Source: Chloroflexota bacterium
GTDB lineage: Bacteria; Chloroflexota; Limnocylindria; P2-11E
Reading direction: 5' to 3'
Length of the DNA stretch: 41,468 nucleotides
NCBI GenBank assembly: GCA_005883775.1
Contig: VBEU01000056.1
Span: forward strand, 1-41,468
The notes beneath the pieces were generated by a model, which had not been told where the DNA came from, made no database searches, and saw nothing but the letters and a program-made list of their open reading frames with translations. Position numbers and translations under genes: made by a program. Below are positions 18,135 through 27,728 of the stretch, one piece after another (positions within the stretch are counted from its first letter, which is position 1; each line of letters opens with the position of its first letter).

Positions 18135-19144
18135 TCCTGCTCCTTAGTCCGCTCGTTGCGACGTGGGCGGAGCGGCTCGACCTTCTTTTCGACGGGCAGG
18201 AGCAGCGTGACCGCCGTTCCCTTGCCCGGTGTTGACTGGATCTGAAGCGAGCCCCCGATGAGCTCGGCGCGCTCTCGCATCGAGAGGAGGCCGACTGACT
18301 TCTTGTGACGGGCGGCCTTCACGAGGTCGAAGCCCATTCCATCGTCGGTCACGTGCAGCACCCAACTCTCATTCGCGCGCGACCAGGCAAGCCCGACGGT
18401 GCTGGCGTGCGCGTGTTTGTGGACGTTCTGCAGCGCCTCCTGCATGACCCGGTAGACGGCGAGCTCTTCCATCGGGGAGAGCCCGGTGTCCTTGAGATCG
18501 AGCTGGCTACCGACCTTGATGCCGCAGCGGGCTTCCCACTCCGAGGCGTAGTTGCGGATCGCCTCCGCGAGGCCGAGCTCGGTGAGCTCGGGAGGACGAA
18601 GGTCGTAGATCATCGCGCGCACCGAGTCGAGCGATCCACGGAACTGGCCCTTGAGATTCGCAAGCTCGGTCTTCAGGGTCTGACGGACCTCGGCCGGAGC
18701 GCGCTCCGTGATGCGCTCGAGGTACTCGACTTCGAAGATCGCGTTCGCAAGCACCTGGGCCGGACCGTCGTGGACGTCCCGGTAGAGACGCTCGCGCTCG
18801 GCCTCGAGGCTGCCGAGCACGCGCTGGGCGACCTCGACCGACACGTCGTCGCTGTCCGACGACGGATCGATGCCCGAGCCGAGCAAATAGGCAGCGCTCG
18901 ACTCGATGTGCTGGATCACGAGCTGCAGCTGCTTGAGACGACGGTAGTCACGCTGGGTCTCCTCATCGAGCTCCCCGTGCGTCGTCTCGCGCGAGCGGTC
19001 CTCGGCGTGTTTCTGATAGGTGCGACCGTACTTTTCGACCTGCTGCCGGAGAGTCCGGACGTCACGCCGCAGCGCGTCGACGATCGCGTCGAATTGCTCA
19101 TCGAGATCGTCGGATGCTCGCGCAACGCGGACTGGATCGCTCAT
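18131..19144 (-). CDS. DegS-like soluble HisKA_3 histidine kinase (intact)
   Basis: ERERLYRDVHDGPAQ, QEALQNVHKHA, DDGMGF, GLLSMRERA, STPGKGT; no TM. Confidence 0.9.
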   Translation of the reverse strand: MSDPVRVARASDDLDEQFDAIVDALRRDVRTLRQQVEKYGRTYQKHAEDRSRETTHGELDEETQRDYRRLKQLQLVIQHIESSAAYLLGSGIDPSSDSDDVSVEVAQRVLGSLEAERERLYRDVHDGPAQVLANAIFEVEYLERITERAPAEVRQTLKTELANLKGQFRGSLDSVRAMIYDLRPPELTELGLAEAIRNYASEWEARCGIKVGSQLDLKDTGLSPMEELAVYRVMQEALQNVHKHAHASTVGLAWSRANESWVLHVTDDGMGFDLVKAARHKKSVGLLSMRERAELIGGSLQIQSTPGKGTAVTLLLPVEKKVEPLRPRRNERTKEQE

Positions 19145-19165
19145 CGGCGGTCAGTCTAGCGGCGC

Positions 19166-20593
19166 TCAGCGCGAATTCGGGACGATGAAGAGCACGTATG
19201 ACGCGCTCTCGGTGACGATCGACCATCCCAGATCGCGTGCGCGTACCGCGAGGGGCGAGCCGGGCTTGACCAGAAGCGCTCGCGCACCGCGCCGTGCGAG
19301 AACATCACGCCAAGTGGGACCAAGAGAGACGAGGGTCTCGTAGTCGCGGAGGGCATCACCGGTGTATGGGAAGAGTCGGCCATCGATAAAGACCGGAGTT
19401 GCAGGCGCGTACCAAATCAGGAAACCGCCCCAGTCGTAGTCGTTCACGACGCCTGGGCCGGGCGGCAGAGACGAAAGCGCGCCGGCCGGATACGCCGTGA
19501 GGTTCGGCTCGCCACGCGCCACAAGACCCGCACCCACGATCGCCGCGAGCGCGACGACGAGCGTCGCGACGTCGATACGGGGCGATGGGACACGCGGGGC
19601 GAAGTCGGGGAGGCGCACGTTGATGCGAAAGTGCGCCGCGATCGCACCAATGGCCGCGGGCGCGTGCGCCGCGAGATATGGAGCGGAGGCGACCGCGAAG
19701 AAAGGCGTGTGACGCGCGGCGGTCATGGAAACGAAGAGCACCGGGACGAGAAGCGCGACATCGCGCAGTCCCGCCGGACGCGAGAGCTGCGCAGTCACGA
19801 GAACGGCGAGGACGATGAAGGCGAACAGGAAGCCGTATGGCTGTGTCACGTCGGGCACGCCCTCCTCCTGGATGACCCGAGGCGGCGAAAGGAAGTGGCC
19901 GCTTGCGGAGGTCCAGATGGAGATGCCCGACGGCGTGAGGAGCGTCACCGCGATGCAGGCGGCCACGACACCGACCGCAACGCGGCGCGCATCCGGTCGG
20001 CGAAGCCAGAGCTCGGCGCAGGCTATCGCCGTCACGGCGAGGCCGAGAGCGAACGAGGCGTGGAGATTCGCCCATACCAGGATGAGCGCCGGCGCGGCGA
20101 TGAGGACGCGCGGTCGCTCGGCCGACATCCGCAAGAGAAAGATGAGGACAGCGAAGCAGCAGAGGCCCATGAGCTGCGGGCGCTCGGTCCACGCGAAGCG
20201 CGTCAGCGCGATCGCGGGGAGTGCCGCCATCGCGGCGACGATCGGCCGGCGCTGCGCGTGGAGCGCCGTGGCGACGATGAGCGTCACGATCGCGGCGACG
20301 AGGACAGCGCGCAGCACGATGATCCCGTTCCAGCCGAGAGCCGCGTACGCCTCATACCAAAGGACCTGACCCAGCCACTGATCCGTGAGTACCGGCAATC
20401 CGTTCACCGACCACGAAAACGTGTCGACCCGGGCGAGACCGTCGGTCAAGGTCTGACGCCCCTGCGCGAGGTGCCAGAAGAGATCGGGATCGCCGACGGT
20501 CGCGAGAGTGGATAGCGCGCCGAAGATCCCGCCCGAGAGGAGCGGCAGCGACCACGAGAACGCGCGGGTCACGGCCGTGCCAGGACGATCCAT
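19166..20593 (-). CDS. Multi-TM GT-C-like membrane protein, paralog A
   Basis: DPDLFWHLAQGR, ERPQ, WANLHA, NDYDWGGFL, VFIDGR; start may be GTG 20572. Confidence 0.7.
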   Translation of the reverse strand: MDRPGTAVTRAFSWSLPLLSGGIFGALSTLATVGDPDLFWHLAQGRQTLTDGLARVDTFSWSVNGLPVLTDQWLGQVLWYEAYAALGWNGIIVLRAVLVAAIVTLIVATALHAQRRPIVAAMAALPAIALTRFAWTERPQLMGLCCFAVLIFLLRMSAERPRVLIAAPALILVWANLHASFALGLAVTAIACAELWLRRPDARRVAVGVVAACIAVTLLTPSGISIWTSASGHFLSPPRVIQEEGVPDVTQPYGFLFAFIVLAVLVTAQLSRPAGLRDVALLVPVLFVSMTAARHTPFFAVASAPYLAAHAPAAIGAIAAHFRINVRLPDFAPRVPSPRIDVATLVVALAAIVGAGLVARGEPNLTAYPAGALSSLPPGPGVVNDYDWGGFLIWYAPATPVFIDGRLFPYTGDALRDYETLVSLGPTWRDVLARRGARALLVKPGSPLAVRARDLGWSIVTESASYVLFIVPNSR

Positions 20594-21963
20594 CGACCAG
20601 CGCTATCTGTGGAACGCACCCGCCAGCCGTCCTCACGCAACGCGACCGCGAGCGGACGCTCTGGGCGGAGGAGCAGCTCGCTCACCTTGTATTTGTCGAG
20701 AAGGTCGCGCCAGCCCGGCCGGAGCGAGACAAGCGCGCGATAGTCGTCGAGCACACCGCCGAGGTACGGCACGTAGCGTCCATCGATGAACACCGGGCGC
20801 TCCGGCAGATTGAAGATGAGGTAGCCGCCCCAGTCGTACTCGTTCAGGAGAACGCCGTGTTCCTCGCGGAGTGCATCGAGCGCCGCGGCGGGATACGCGC
20901 GCGCGTCGGGATGAGTCGGGGCCGCGAGCGCGCTCGCGAGTGCGGCGATGACGAGCACGACAGCAATGGGCAGGCGCACCGGTGCCGGCAGCTCGTATCC
21001 GCGCCACCGTGGCACGAGCGCGGTGAGGCGCGCGCCGAGAAAGGCCGTCGCCGCGAAACAGAAGAAGAGCATCTGTCGCTGGGCGGTGAAGGCGAGATAG
21101 AGGAGGGGCGCCAACAGCATCGCCTCGAGGAGCGAACCACCGCGGAGGAGCGCGCTCCCGATCACGAGCAACACGAACCCGGCGAACAGGGCGCCCGCCG
21201 GCGTCACGACGTCCGGCGGAAGGAACTCGGTCAGGAAGCGCGGCGGGTTCAGGAAGTCCTCGCGCGCCGCGCCAGCGAGCTCCAGCGGCGCGGGGTTGAG
21301 GAACGTGACCGCGACGCACGCGATCGCCGTCAGAACGAGTGGGAGCCCGCGCCGTCCTTTCGTGAGGAGGCCCTCGGCCGCGAAGATCGCGACGACCGCG
21401 AGGCCGAGGAGATACCCACCATGCAGATTCGTCCACACGAGAAAAAGCGGCGGGAGGATGAGCAACCGTCGCGAGAAGCCAACGGGCAACGAAAGGAGGA
21501 GATCGAGGAGCGCGGGAAAAAGGGCCAGCGTGAAGAGCTGCGGCCGGTCGGTCCACGTGATCTTGGAGACGAGCAGGGCCGCGGCGACGAGTGGCAGCGA
21601 GATCCACCAGGCGGCTCCACCCCGGCGCGCGAGTCGCACGACAAAGAAGGCCGCGAGCGCGATGAGCGTCGCGCGGAGGACCGCGACACCGGCCCACCCC
21701 GCCGCCGTAAACGAGCCCGCGAAGGCGAGCTGCCCGAGCCATTCCCCGACCCCGAAGTGCATGCCCGCGACCGTCGAGGAGAAGATGTCCTGCCGGAGGA
21801 ACGCGTGGTGGTCGAGCATCCACCGGCCCATCGCGAGCTGCCAGTACGTATCGGAGTCGGTCGACGGCAGGCCCACCGCGATGATGAAGGCCGCACCCGC
21901 AACCGCGAGCGGGTACGCGCTCGCCGAGAGGTTCGCGGCTAGCGGTCGCGGCGCAGTAGCCAT
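20569..21963 (-). CDS. Multi-TM GT-C-like membrane protein, paralog B
   Basis: DSDTYWQLAMGR, DRPQ, WTNLHGG, NEYDWGGYL, VFIDGR. Confidence 0.7.
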   Translation of the reverse strand: MATAPRPLAANLSASAYPLAVAGAAFIIAVGLPSTDSDTYWQLAMGRWMLDHHAFLRQDIFSSTVAGMHFGVGEWLGQLAFAGSFTAAGWAGVAVLRATLIALAAFFVVRLARRGGAAWWISLPLVAAALLVSKITWTDRPQLFTLALFPALLDLLLSLPVGFSRRLLILPPLFLVWTNLHGGYLLGLAVVAIFAAEGLLTKGRRGLPLVLTAIACVAVTFLNPAPLELAGAAREDFLNPPRFLTEFLPPDVVTPAGALFAGFVLLVIGSALLRGGSLLEAMLLAPLLYLAFTAQRQMLFFCFAATAFLGARLTALVPRWRGYELPAPVRLPIAVVLVIAALASALAAPTHPDARAYPAAALDALREEHGVLLNEYDWGGYLIFNLPERPVFIDGRYVPYLGGVLDDYRALVSLRPGWRDLLDKYKVSELLLRPERPLAVALREDGWRVRSTDSAGRWIVLARP

Positions 21964-22634
21964 CGGACCGTGAACGCCGCGACGTCGCGCATCGCGAGGA
22001 ACGCTCCGGCCGGCGTGACGCCCTCCGCGATGCCCGCGATGCGCGGCCGGTGAGGGATATCGATCTCGCGGACGACGCGGCGGCGCGAACAGAGGGTGAT
22101 CAGTATCTCGGCCTCGGAGAAGTTCGACTCGCTGCGCGGCGGAGCGGACCGCAGCTCCTCCGCGCGGTAGAGCTTCACGCTGTCGATGTCGTGCACGGGC
22201 AACCGGAAGATGCGACGCAGCAGACCCGAGTACAGCTGTGCGATGACCACACGGCTTGCGGGATCGCGTCGCGGGACGCGGCGACCGACGACGAGCGCGG
22301 CGCCATCGCGGATCCCCCACATCGGTTCGAGCGCCGCGGCCGGCACCTGACCATCACCGGGAGTGAAGTAGATCCATTCGCCACGTGCCTCGGCGTAGAG
22401 GCGTTTCATCGTGAGAGGGATGCCCTCTCGCGACGGATTGCGCAGGAGTCTGAGCTCCGCTACTTCCGCGCAGGAGCGCTGGAGCTCGGCCCAGGTGCCG
22501 TCCGTGCTGCCGTCGTCGCACACGATCAGCTCGAAGCTCGAGGCGAGAGCGCGCGCGGCGTCGCGGTGGCCTCTCACGACCCCGGCCACCGTGACCTCCT
22601 CGTTGTGGGCAGGGATCACGATCGAGAGCTGGAT
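21939..22634 (-). CDS. GT2 glycosyltransferase (polyprenol-phosphate sugar synthase-like)
   Basis: LSIVIPAHNEE, DDGSTDGT, GRR..RRD; DxD motif altered (TPGDGQ); first canonical start at 22619 truncates strand 1. Confidence 0.85.
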   Translation of the reverse strand: MQLSIVIPAHNEEVTVAGVVRGHRDAARALASSFELIVCDDGSTDGTWAELQRSCAEVAELRLLRNPSREGIPLTMKRLYAEARGEWIYFTPGDGQVPAAALEPMWGIRDGAALVVGRRVPRRDPASRVVIAQLYSGLLRRIFRLPVHDIDSVKLYRAEELRSAPPRSESNFSEAEILITLCSRRRVVREIDIPHRPRIAGIAEGVTPAGAFLAMRDVAAFTVRWLLRRDR

Positions 22635-22643
22635 TGCGTCACC

Positions 22644-24164
22644 CTAGGGCACGGCGGCTGCGCCGCCGGTGTCCGGCGAGGCGCGAATCAGGCAAAAGAT
22701 GTTGCCGCGGACCGCGTAGATCCGGAGCGTCCCGCGCTCGATGGGCGGGGCGAGCCATGACACCGGATCGCCTCGATAGAGCCCGTCGTACGCCGAAAAA
22801 TGCGCTGCCTCCAGGACGATGCTTTTCGCGCCGTAACGCATGGCCACGCACGCCGCGGTGTCCAGGCCGTCCGCGGGGGTGACAACGACGGGCCGCTCCG
22901 CGATCCAGCGCCAGGCCGCGCCGTCGATCGCGAGGAACGATCCGGCCGGGATCGCGTCCAGCGCGGCGACCCGCGCGCGATACCCCTCATTGAACGTCGC
23001 GTCCCACGTCGTGAGTCCGACCACGGCAAGCGCGACCGCGGCGGCGACCGTGCCGCCGACGGCGAGGCGACGAGTCGCCGCATCGCGACGCTCGAGCCAG
23101 CGCTCGCCGCCGAGCGCGACGAGACCCATCGCGAATGGATAGAACGCCGCCAGCGAGTGGAAGTACGAGCCCCGCGTCGCGTGGAGCGGCCACACGAAGC
23201 TCTCCGCCACATAGATAAGGAGTGCGAGACCGGCGAACGCGCGCACGGAGGGGCGCTGCCAGCCGCCCTTCAGCCCGAGCGCCAGCGGGAATGCAAGGAA
23301 CGCCATGAGTCCGAACAGCGCAACCATGAAGTCCGACCAGAGCGCGCCGAGCCGCGTCGTAACGATCGTGGCCAGCTCGGCGGTGCCGGTCGGCGTGATC
23401 GCGAAGAAGTCCTCGTACCGCGCGAGGAACAGAGTGCGCGCGAGAAGGTCGGGCGATCCACCGAGGGCGACTCCGCGCAGGAGCCACGCGGCGCCGATCG
23501 CGAGCGCGACGGCGCTGCCCGCGACGCCGGCCGCGCGAGAGGATGGCCGCATTGCGAGGGCCAGAAGCGCGACGCCGAAGAGCGCGCCCTCGGCCCGGGC
23601 GAGGAACAGAAGTCCGACCAGAAGGCCACATATCGCGCCGGCACGCAGGTCACCCGTCGCCGCGCGTGCGAACACGATGAAGAACATCGTCCCGATGAGG
23701 GCCGCGATGGCGAACGAATCGAGCGTGACCCACGCGGGCGCGAACGCGCCTCCGCTGAGGCCCGCCAGGGCCGCGGCCACCAGCGCGGCGCGGGACGAGG
23801 CTCCGATCGACCGTGCCGCGGCGTACGCCACCGCGGGAACGAAGGCCGCGACGGCGACGATCGCGGCCTGAGCCGAGCGGAATGTTCCGAGGAGCGGCTC
23901 CAGGACTGCGATGCCGGTGGCCTGCACGACGGTGGCAAGCGGCATCCAGAAGCGGTGGCTCGCGATCGGAAGCGGGTCCAGGTGCGGCGCTTCGAGAAAG
24001 TTCCAGATGAAATCGGCGGTGAGACCTTGACCGTGAGCGAGCCGGCGCGCGACGTCGACGTAGTAGAAGGCGTCGGTAAAGCCTGGTTGGATCACGACGA
24101 ACGCCGCGGAGAGCACGCGGAACGCGACGAACGCGAGCGAAAGGCCGATGAGCCCGCGGCTCAC
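22644..24164 (-). CDS. ArnT/PMT-like GT-C membrane glycosyltransferase
   Basis: DAFYYVDVARRLAHGQG, FWMPL, LARAEG; many TM helices; GTGA overlap start. Confidence 0.7.
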   Translation of the reverse strand: MSRGLIGLSLAFVAFRVLSAAFVVIQPGFTDAFYYVDVARRLAHGQGLTADFIWNFLEAPHLDPLPIASHRFWMPLATVVQATGIAVLEPLLGTFRSAQAAIVAVAAFVPAVAYAAARSIGASSRAALVAAALAGLSGGAFAPAWVTLDSFAIAALIGTMFFIVFARAATGDLRAGAICGLLVGLLFLARAEGALFGVALLALAMRPSSRAAGVAGSAVALAIGAAWLLRGVALGGSPDLLARTLFLARYEDFFAITPTGTAELATIVTTRLGALWSDFMVALFGLMAFLAFPLALGLKGGWQRPSVRAFAGLALLIYVAESFVWPLHATRGSYFHSLAAFYPFAMGLVALGGERWLERRDAATRRLAVGGTVAAAVALAVVGLTTWDATFNEGYRARVAALDAIPAGSFLAIDGAAWRWIAERPVVVTPADGLDTAACVAMRYGAKSIVLEAAHFSAYDGLYRGDPVSWLAPPIERGTLRIYAVRGNIFCLIRASPDTGGAAAVP

Positions 24165-25201
24165 GCGGCCGCACCGATGCGTTCGGCGCGTTGCGTGCGG
24201 AGGTAGAGCACGCCACCGACGACGATCACCGAGAAGACGCTGACCGCTCGGTCGAGCACGGCGACGGCGACCGCGTCGTTCTGGGCGAGACCGAATCCGG
24301 TCGTCAACACATACACCATCGCGATCTCGACGAACCCGAAGCCCGCCGGAGTGAGCGGCACGGTCGTGAGGAGCGAGGACGAGACGGCCACAAAGATCAC
24401 CTGCGACGGCGGAAGGTAGAGCCCGAGCGCGAGGAGAACGAGCAGCAGACGGCTCGTCTCGAGGAACCAAACGAGGAGCGTCATCGGCCCGGCGACGGGC
24501 AGTGCGCGAAAGCTATGAAGGACTCCCTCTCGGAAGAGCCGTCCGATGCGGCGGACCTCCGCGGGAAAGAACCGCCCGAGCCGCGGACCGATCGCGTACA
24601 GCCCGACCAGGCCGATCAGGATGACCAGGCCGAGCGCGCTACCCGTGACATAGAGGACGTTCAGGTCCGGCAAGATCGTGCGTCCGAACGCCACGTAGCC
24701 GTCGACGACAAGCAGGCCGAACACCACAAAAAGGTCGAGAAGCCGCTCCGCGACCACCACTCCGACCGTGCGCGAGAGCGATATGCCGAACCGGCGCTTC
24801 ACCAGATAGCTCCGGTACAGATCGCCGAGCTTTGCGGGCACCAGACAGTTCACGAACCACCCGAGGAGGAGGATTTCGAGCAGGTCGCGCCCGAAGATCC
24901 GCGTGCCGCCCTCGCGCAGCAGTCGGGCCCATCGGATGGCGCGCACCGGGAACGACAGGTAATACACGACGAGCGCCGCGACGACGAACACCGGATCCGC
25001 CCGTCGCAAGGTGCCGAACGCTTCCGACCAGTCGACGTTCCGGGCGAAGTAGGCGATGAGCGCGATCGGGATCACGGTCGAGATCAGCTCGCGCCAGCCG
25101 AACAGCTGGCGTCGAACGGCCAGCTCGTCGGTGCGCCCCGCCGCGGCGGCAAGCTGCTCGATCGTCGGGTCCTCGACGTGCGTCGAGGGCCGCTCTTTCA
25201 A
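24161..25201 (-). CDS. UPF0104/lysylphosphatidylglycerol-synthase TM domain (flippase-like) protein
   Basis: RAIRW, NCLVPAKLGDLYR, ERLLD, PLTPAGFGFVE, DRAVS; TTG start overlapping PHP stop. Confidence 0.82.
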   Translation of the reverse strand: MKERPSTHVEDPTIEQLAAAAGRTDELAVRRQLFGWRELISTVIPIALIAYFARNVDWSEAFGTLRRADPVFVVAALVVYYLSFPVRAIRWARLLREGGTRIFGRDLLEILLLGWFVNCLVPAKLGDLYRSYLVKRRFGISLSRTVGVVVAERLLDLFVVFGLLVVDGYVAFGRTILPDLNVLYVTGSALGLVILIGLVGLYAIGPRLGRFFPAEVRRIGRLFREGVLHSFRALPVAGPMTLLVWFLETSRLLLVLLALGLYLPPSQVIFVAVSSSLLTTVPLTPAGFGFVEIAMVYVLTTGFGLAQNDAVAVAVLDRAVSVFSVIVVGGVLYLRTQRAERIGAAA

Positions 25202-25890
25202 CGAGTCGGGCTCGAGCTCTTTCGTCCGAGCCACTTCCGCAATCGGTCGTACCGGGTGAAGACGTGGACCCCGCCTCCGGAGAGCCGCCCTTCGGCGACG
25301 CCCTGACGGAGCGAGTCCAGGAAATCGGCGCGCCCCGCAAAGTCGGGCATCTCCACGAAGGCACGCCCGATCTCCACGGCGCGGTGCGCGTCGCTCCCGG
25401 CCGTGCCGACGATGCCGTGCGTCTTCGCGTACGCGGCGGCCGAGCGGTTGTTCAGGAAGATCGCCTCGCGAGCGTTGAAGATCTCGAGCGCGTCGATCTG
25501 CGAACGGAGTCGGTCCAGCGCGGGGCGGCGCATGTGATAGCGCCGATTGATGCTGAAGGGGTGCGGAACGATGGCGAGTCCGCCCTGATCGTGGATGCGG
25601 GCGATCGTCTCTTCCCCGGTCAGGTCACGCGGTATCGCGCGGTCGAGGAACAATCCGATGATCTCACCGTCGCGCGAGCTGATCTCTTCGCCGATGATGA
25701 CGCGAAAGCCATCCGCCAGCTCCCGCAGCCGAAGGCCGCCCTCGATGGTGTTGTGGTCGGTCGCGCAGATGACGTCGATGCGCGACGCGCGCACGGCGCG
25801 AGCCTGCTCGGCGATAGGAGTGCGGCTGTCCGGCGAAGCCTCGCAGTGCGTGTGCATGTCCACGCGAACCCGCTTGGCCTCGGTTCCTAT
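25198..25890 (-). CDS. PHP-domain phosphoesterase
   Basis: DMHTH..SPDS, TDHN, GEE, PHPF, GSDAH; start between 25863 and 25890. Confidence 0.88.
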   Translation of the reverse strand: MGTEAKRVRVDMHTHCEASPDSRTPIAEQARAVRASRIDVICATDHNTIEGGLRLRELADGFRVIIGEEISSRDGEIIGLFLDRAIPRDLTGEETIARIHDQGGLAIVPHPFSINRRYHMRRPALDRLRSQIDALEIFNAREAIFLNNRSAAAYAKTHGIVGTAGSDAHRAVEIGRAFVEMPDFAGRADFLDSLRQGVAEGRLSGGGVHVFTRYDRLRKWLGRKSSSPTR

Positions 25891-26990
25891 GTGACCCTTC
25901 CTTTTTCGTGCGCATCCTCGACGACGGCGCGCACGCGCTGGCGAAATCGTGACACATCGAAGCGGCGCGACGAGTCGCGAAGGGCTTTCGGTTGGAAACG
26001 CGCGCGCTCCGCGCGGAGCACACCCTCGGCGAAGGCCCGCGGCTCGGGCACGTCGACCAGGACGCCCTCCTCGCCATCGCGGACGATGTCGAAAACCCCG
26101 CCGGCGGCCAGGGCGACGACCGGCGCGCCCGAGGCAAGGGCTTCGGCGCAGACGATCCCGAAGTCGTCCTCGGCCGGGAATACGAGGCCGCGCGCAGACG
26201 CCAGCAGCGAACGGAGGGTCGCGTCGTCGGCCCGTCCGGTGAATACGACGTTCTCGCCGGCCATGCGCTCGAGGGCTCCGCGCTCGCGGCCTTCGCCGAC
26301 GACGAGCAGGCGCAATCCGATCTCGTTGAATGCACGAACCGCGACGTCGGCGCGCTTGTACGACGAGAGTCGGCCGACGAAGAGCCAGAAGTCACCGCGT
26401 TCGTCGTTCGCCGCGAACGAAGCGACGTCGACCGGGGGATGGACGATCTCGATGGTGTTGGCCGCTACGCCGTAATACCTCTCGATCCGACCCCGCACCA
26501 CGGTCGAGTTCGCCATCCATCGATCGAAGCGTCGCGCCGCTCTCTGGTCATCGTCCCGCAGCCGGCCGAGCAGCTCGCGCACGAGCGGCACGAGCGGTTG
26601 TGGGACTTCCTCCTGTAGGTACCGTTCGCTCCAGTCGTACAGGTAACGCGTCGGGGAGTGGCAGTACGCCACCGCAACGGTGCGATCCGCGAGGCCAATC
26701 TCCTTTATGAACGCGCTCGTGGAGACGAGAGCGACGTCGGTCTCGGGCGGCACACGCAGCGCGCGGGCGGCGTTCGGATAGAGCGGCAGCAGCAGGCGAT
26801 GGCTCTCCCCAAGCAGGAGCCATTGGAGATAGCTCGTTCGAAGATTCCAACCGGGCAGATCCCCATAGCGCCGACGATCGTGGAAGAACGTGTAGACGGG
26901 GGCCGCGGGCCACATCTCGTGAAAGGTCTCGACCACGCGCTCCGCGCCCCCGTGCGCGACGAAATACTCGTGCGCCAGGGCGAGCCTCAT
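25887..26990 (-). CDS. GT4 glycosyltransferase
   Basis: HEY..GGAERV, YCHSPTRYLYD, GRLSSYKR, EDDFGIVCAEALASGAPV. Confidence 0.9.
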   Translation of the reverse strand: MRLALAHEYFVAHGGAERVVETFHEMWPAAPVYTFFHDRRRYGDLPGWNLRTSYLQWLLLGESHRLLLPLYPNAARALRVPPETDVALVSTSAFIKEIGLADRTVAVAYCHSPTRYLYDWSERYLQEEVPQPLVPLVRELLGRLRDDDQRAARRFDRWMANSTVVRGRIERYYGVAANTIEIVHPPVDVASFAANDERGDFWLFVGRLSSYKRADVAVRAFNEIGLRLLVVGEGRERGALERMAGENVVFTGRADDATLRSLLASARGLVFPAEDDFGIVCAEALASGAPVVALAAGGVFDIVRDGEEGVLVDVPEPRAFAEGVLRAERARFQPKALRDSSRRFDVSRFRQRVRAVVEDAHEKGRVT

Positions 26991-27718
26991 CGGCCAAAAA
27001 TGCGCTGCCGCGCGACGAGCGCCGCGAAGACCGGCAGGACGCGCTGGCGACGCCAGCGGTGCGGCTCGAAGGCGAGCCGCCAGAGCCACTCGAAGCCGAT
27101 GGCGTGGACGATGCGCGGTGGCACGCGCACGCGCCCCGCCAGCTGATCGAAGACCCCTCCGACCCCGATGGCGGTCCGAACCGATGGGAGGAGCGGCAGA
27201 TTCCGGGCGATCCAGCGCTCCTGCGCCGGCATGCCGTAGGCGACGAGGAGGACGCGCGCACCGGTGTCCTCGATCCGCCGGCGGATCGATTCGTCGCTCT
27301 CCGGCGCAGGCGACCCCGCATACGTGCCCGCTACGCGGAGCGACGGGATCCGCCGCACCAGCGTCGCGGCCGCGCGGTCGGCAACGCCCGGCGCCGCGCC
27401 GAGCAGGAAGACTGGCCCGCTCGCGAGCTGAAGGACGGCGGGCACGAGCAGACGGCCGGGGACTCGACCGGGCAGAGGATCGCGCAGGACGCGCGAGGCG
27501 ACGAGGACCCCGGTCCCATCGGCGACGACCAGCTCGGACGCTAAAGCGATCTTCGCGAGCTCGGTATCGCGGCGAGCGAGCATGACGAACTCGGGATTCG
27601 CCGTTATCGCGAAGGTCCGTTGGCCGGCGGCATGACGTTCGATGATCCGTTCCGCTGCTGCGGCAAGGTCGACACGGTCGAAGCCCACGCCAAGGATGTC
27701 GACGCGCCGCGGCGCCAA
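26987..27718 (-). CDS. WecB/TagA/CpsF (GT26) glycosyltransferase
   Basis: TANPE, ADGTG, RVPG, FLLGAAPGVA, GMPAQE, GVGGVFD, EWLWRL..EP.RWRRQ. Confidence 0.92.
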   Translation of the reverse strand: MAPRRVDILGVGFDRVDLAAAAERIIERHAAGQRTFAITANPEFVMLARRDTELAKIALASELVVADGTGVLVASRVLRDPLPGRVPGRLLVPAVLQLASGPVFLLGAAPGVADRAAATLVRRIPSLRVAGTYAGSPAPESDESIRRRIEDTGARVLLVAYGMPAQERWIARNLPLLPSVRTAIGVGGVFDQLAGRVRVPPRIVHAIGFEWLWRLAFEPHRWRRQRVLPVFAALVARQRIFGR

Positions 27719-27728
27719 GGCTCGCTCG

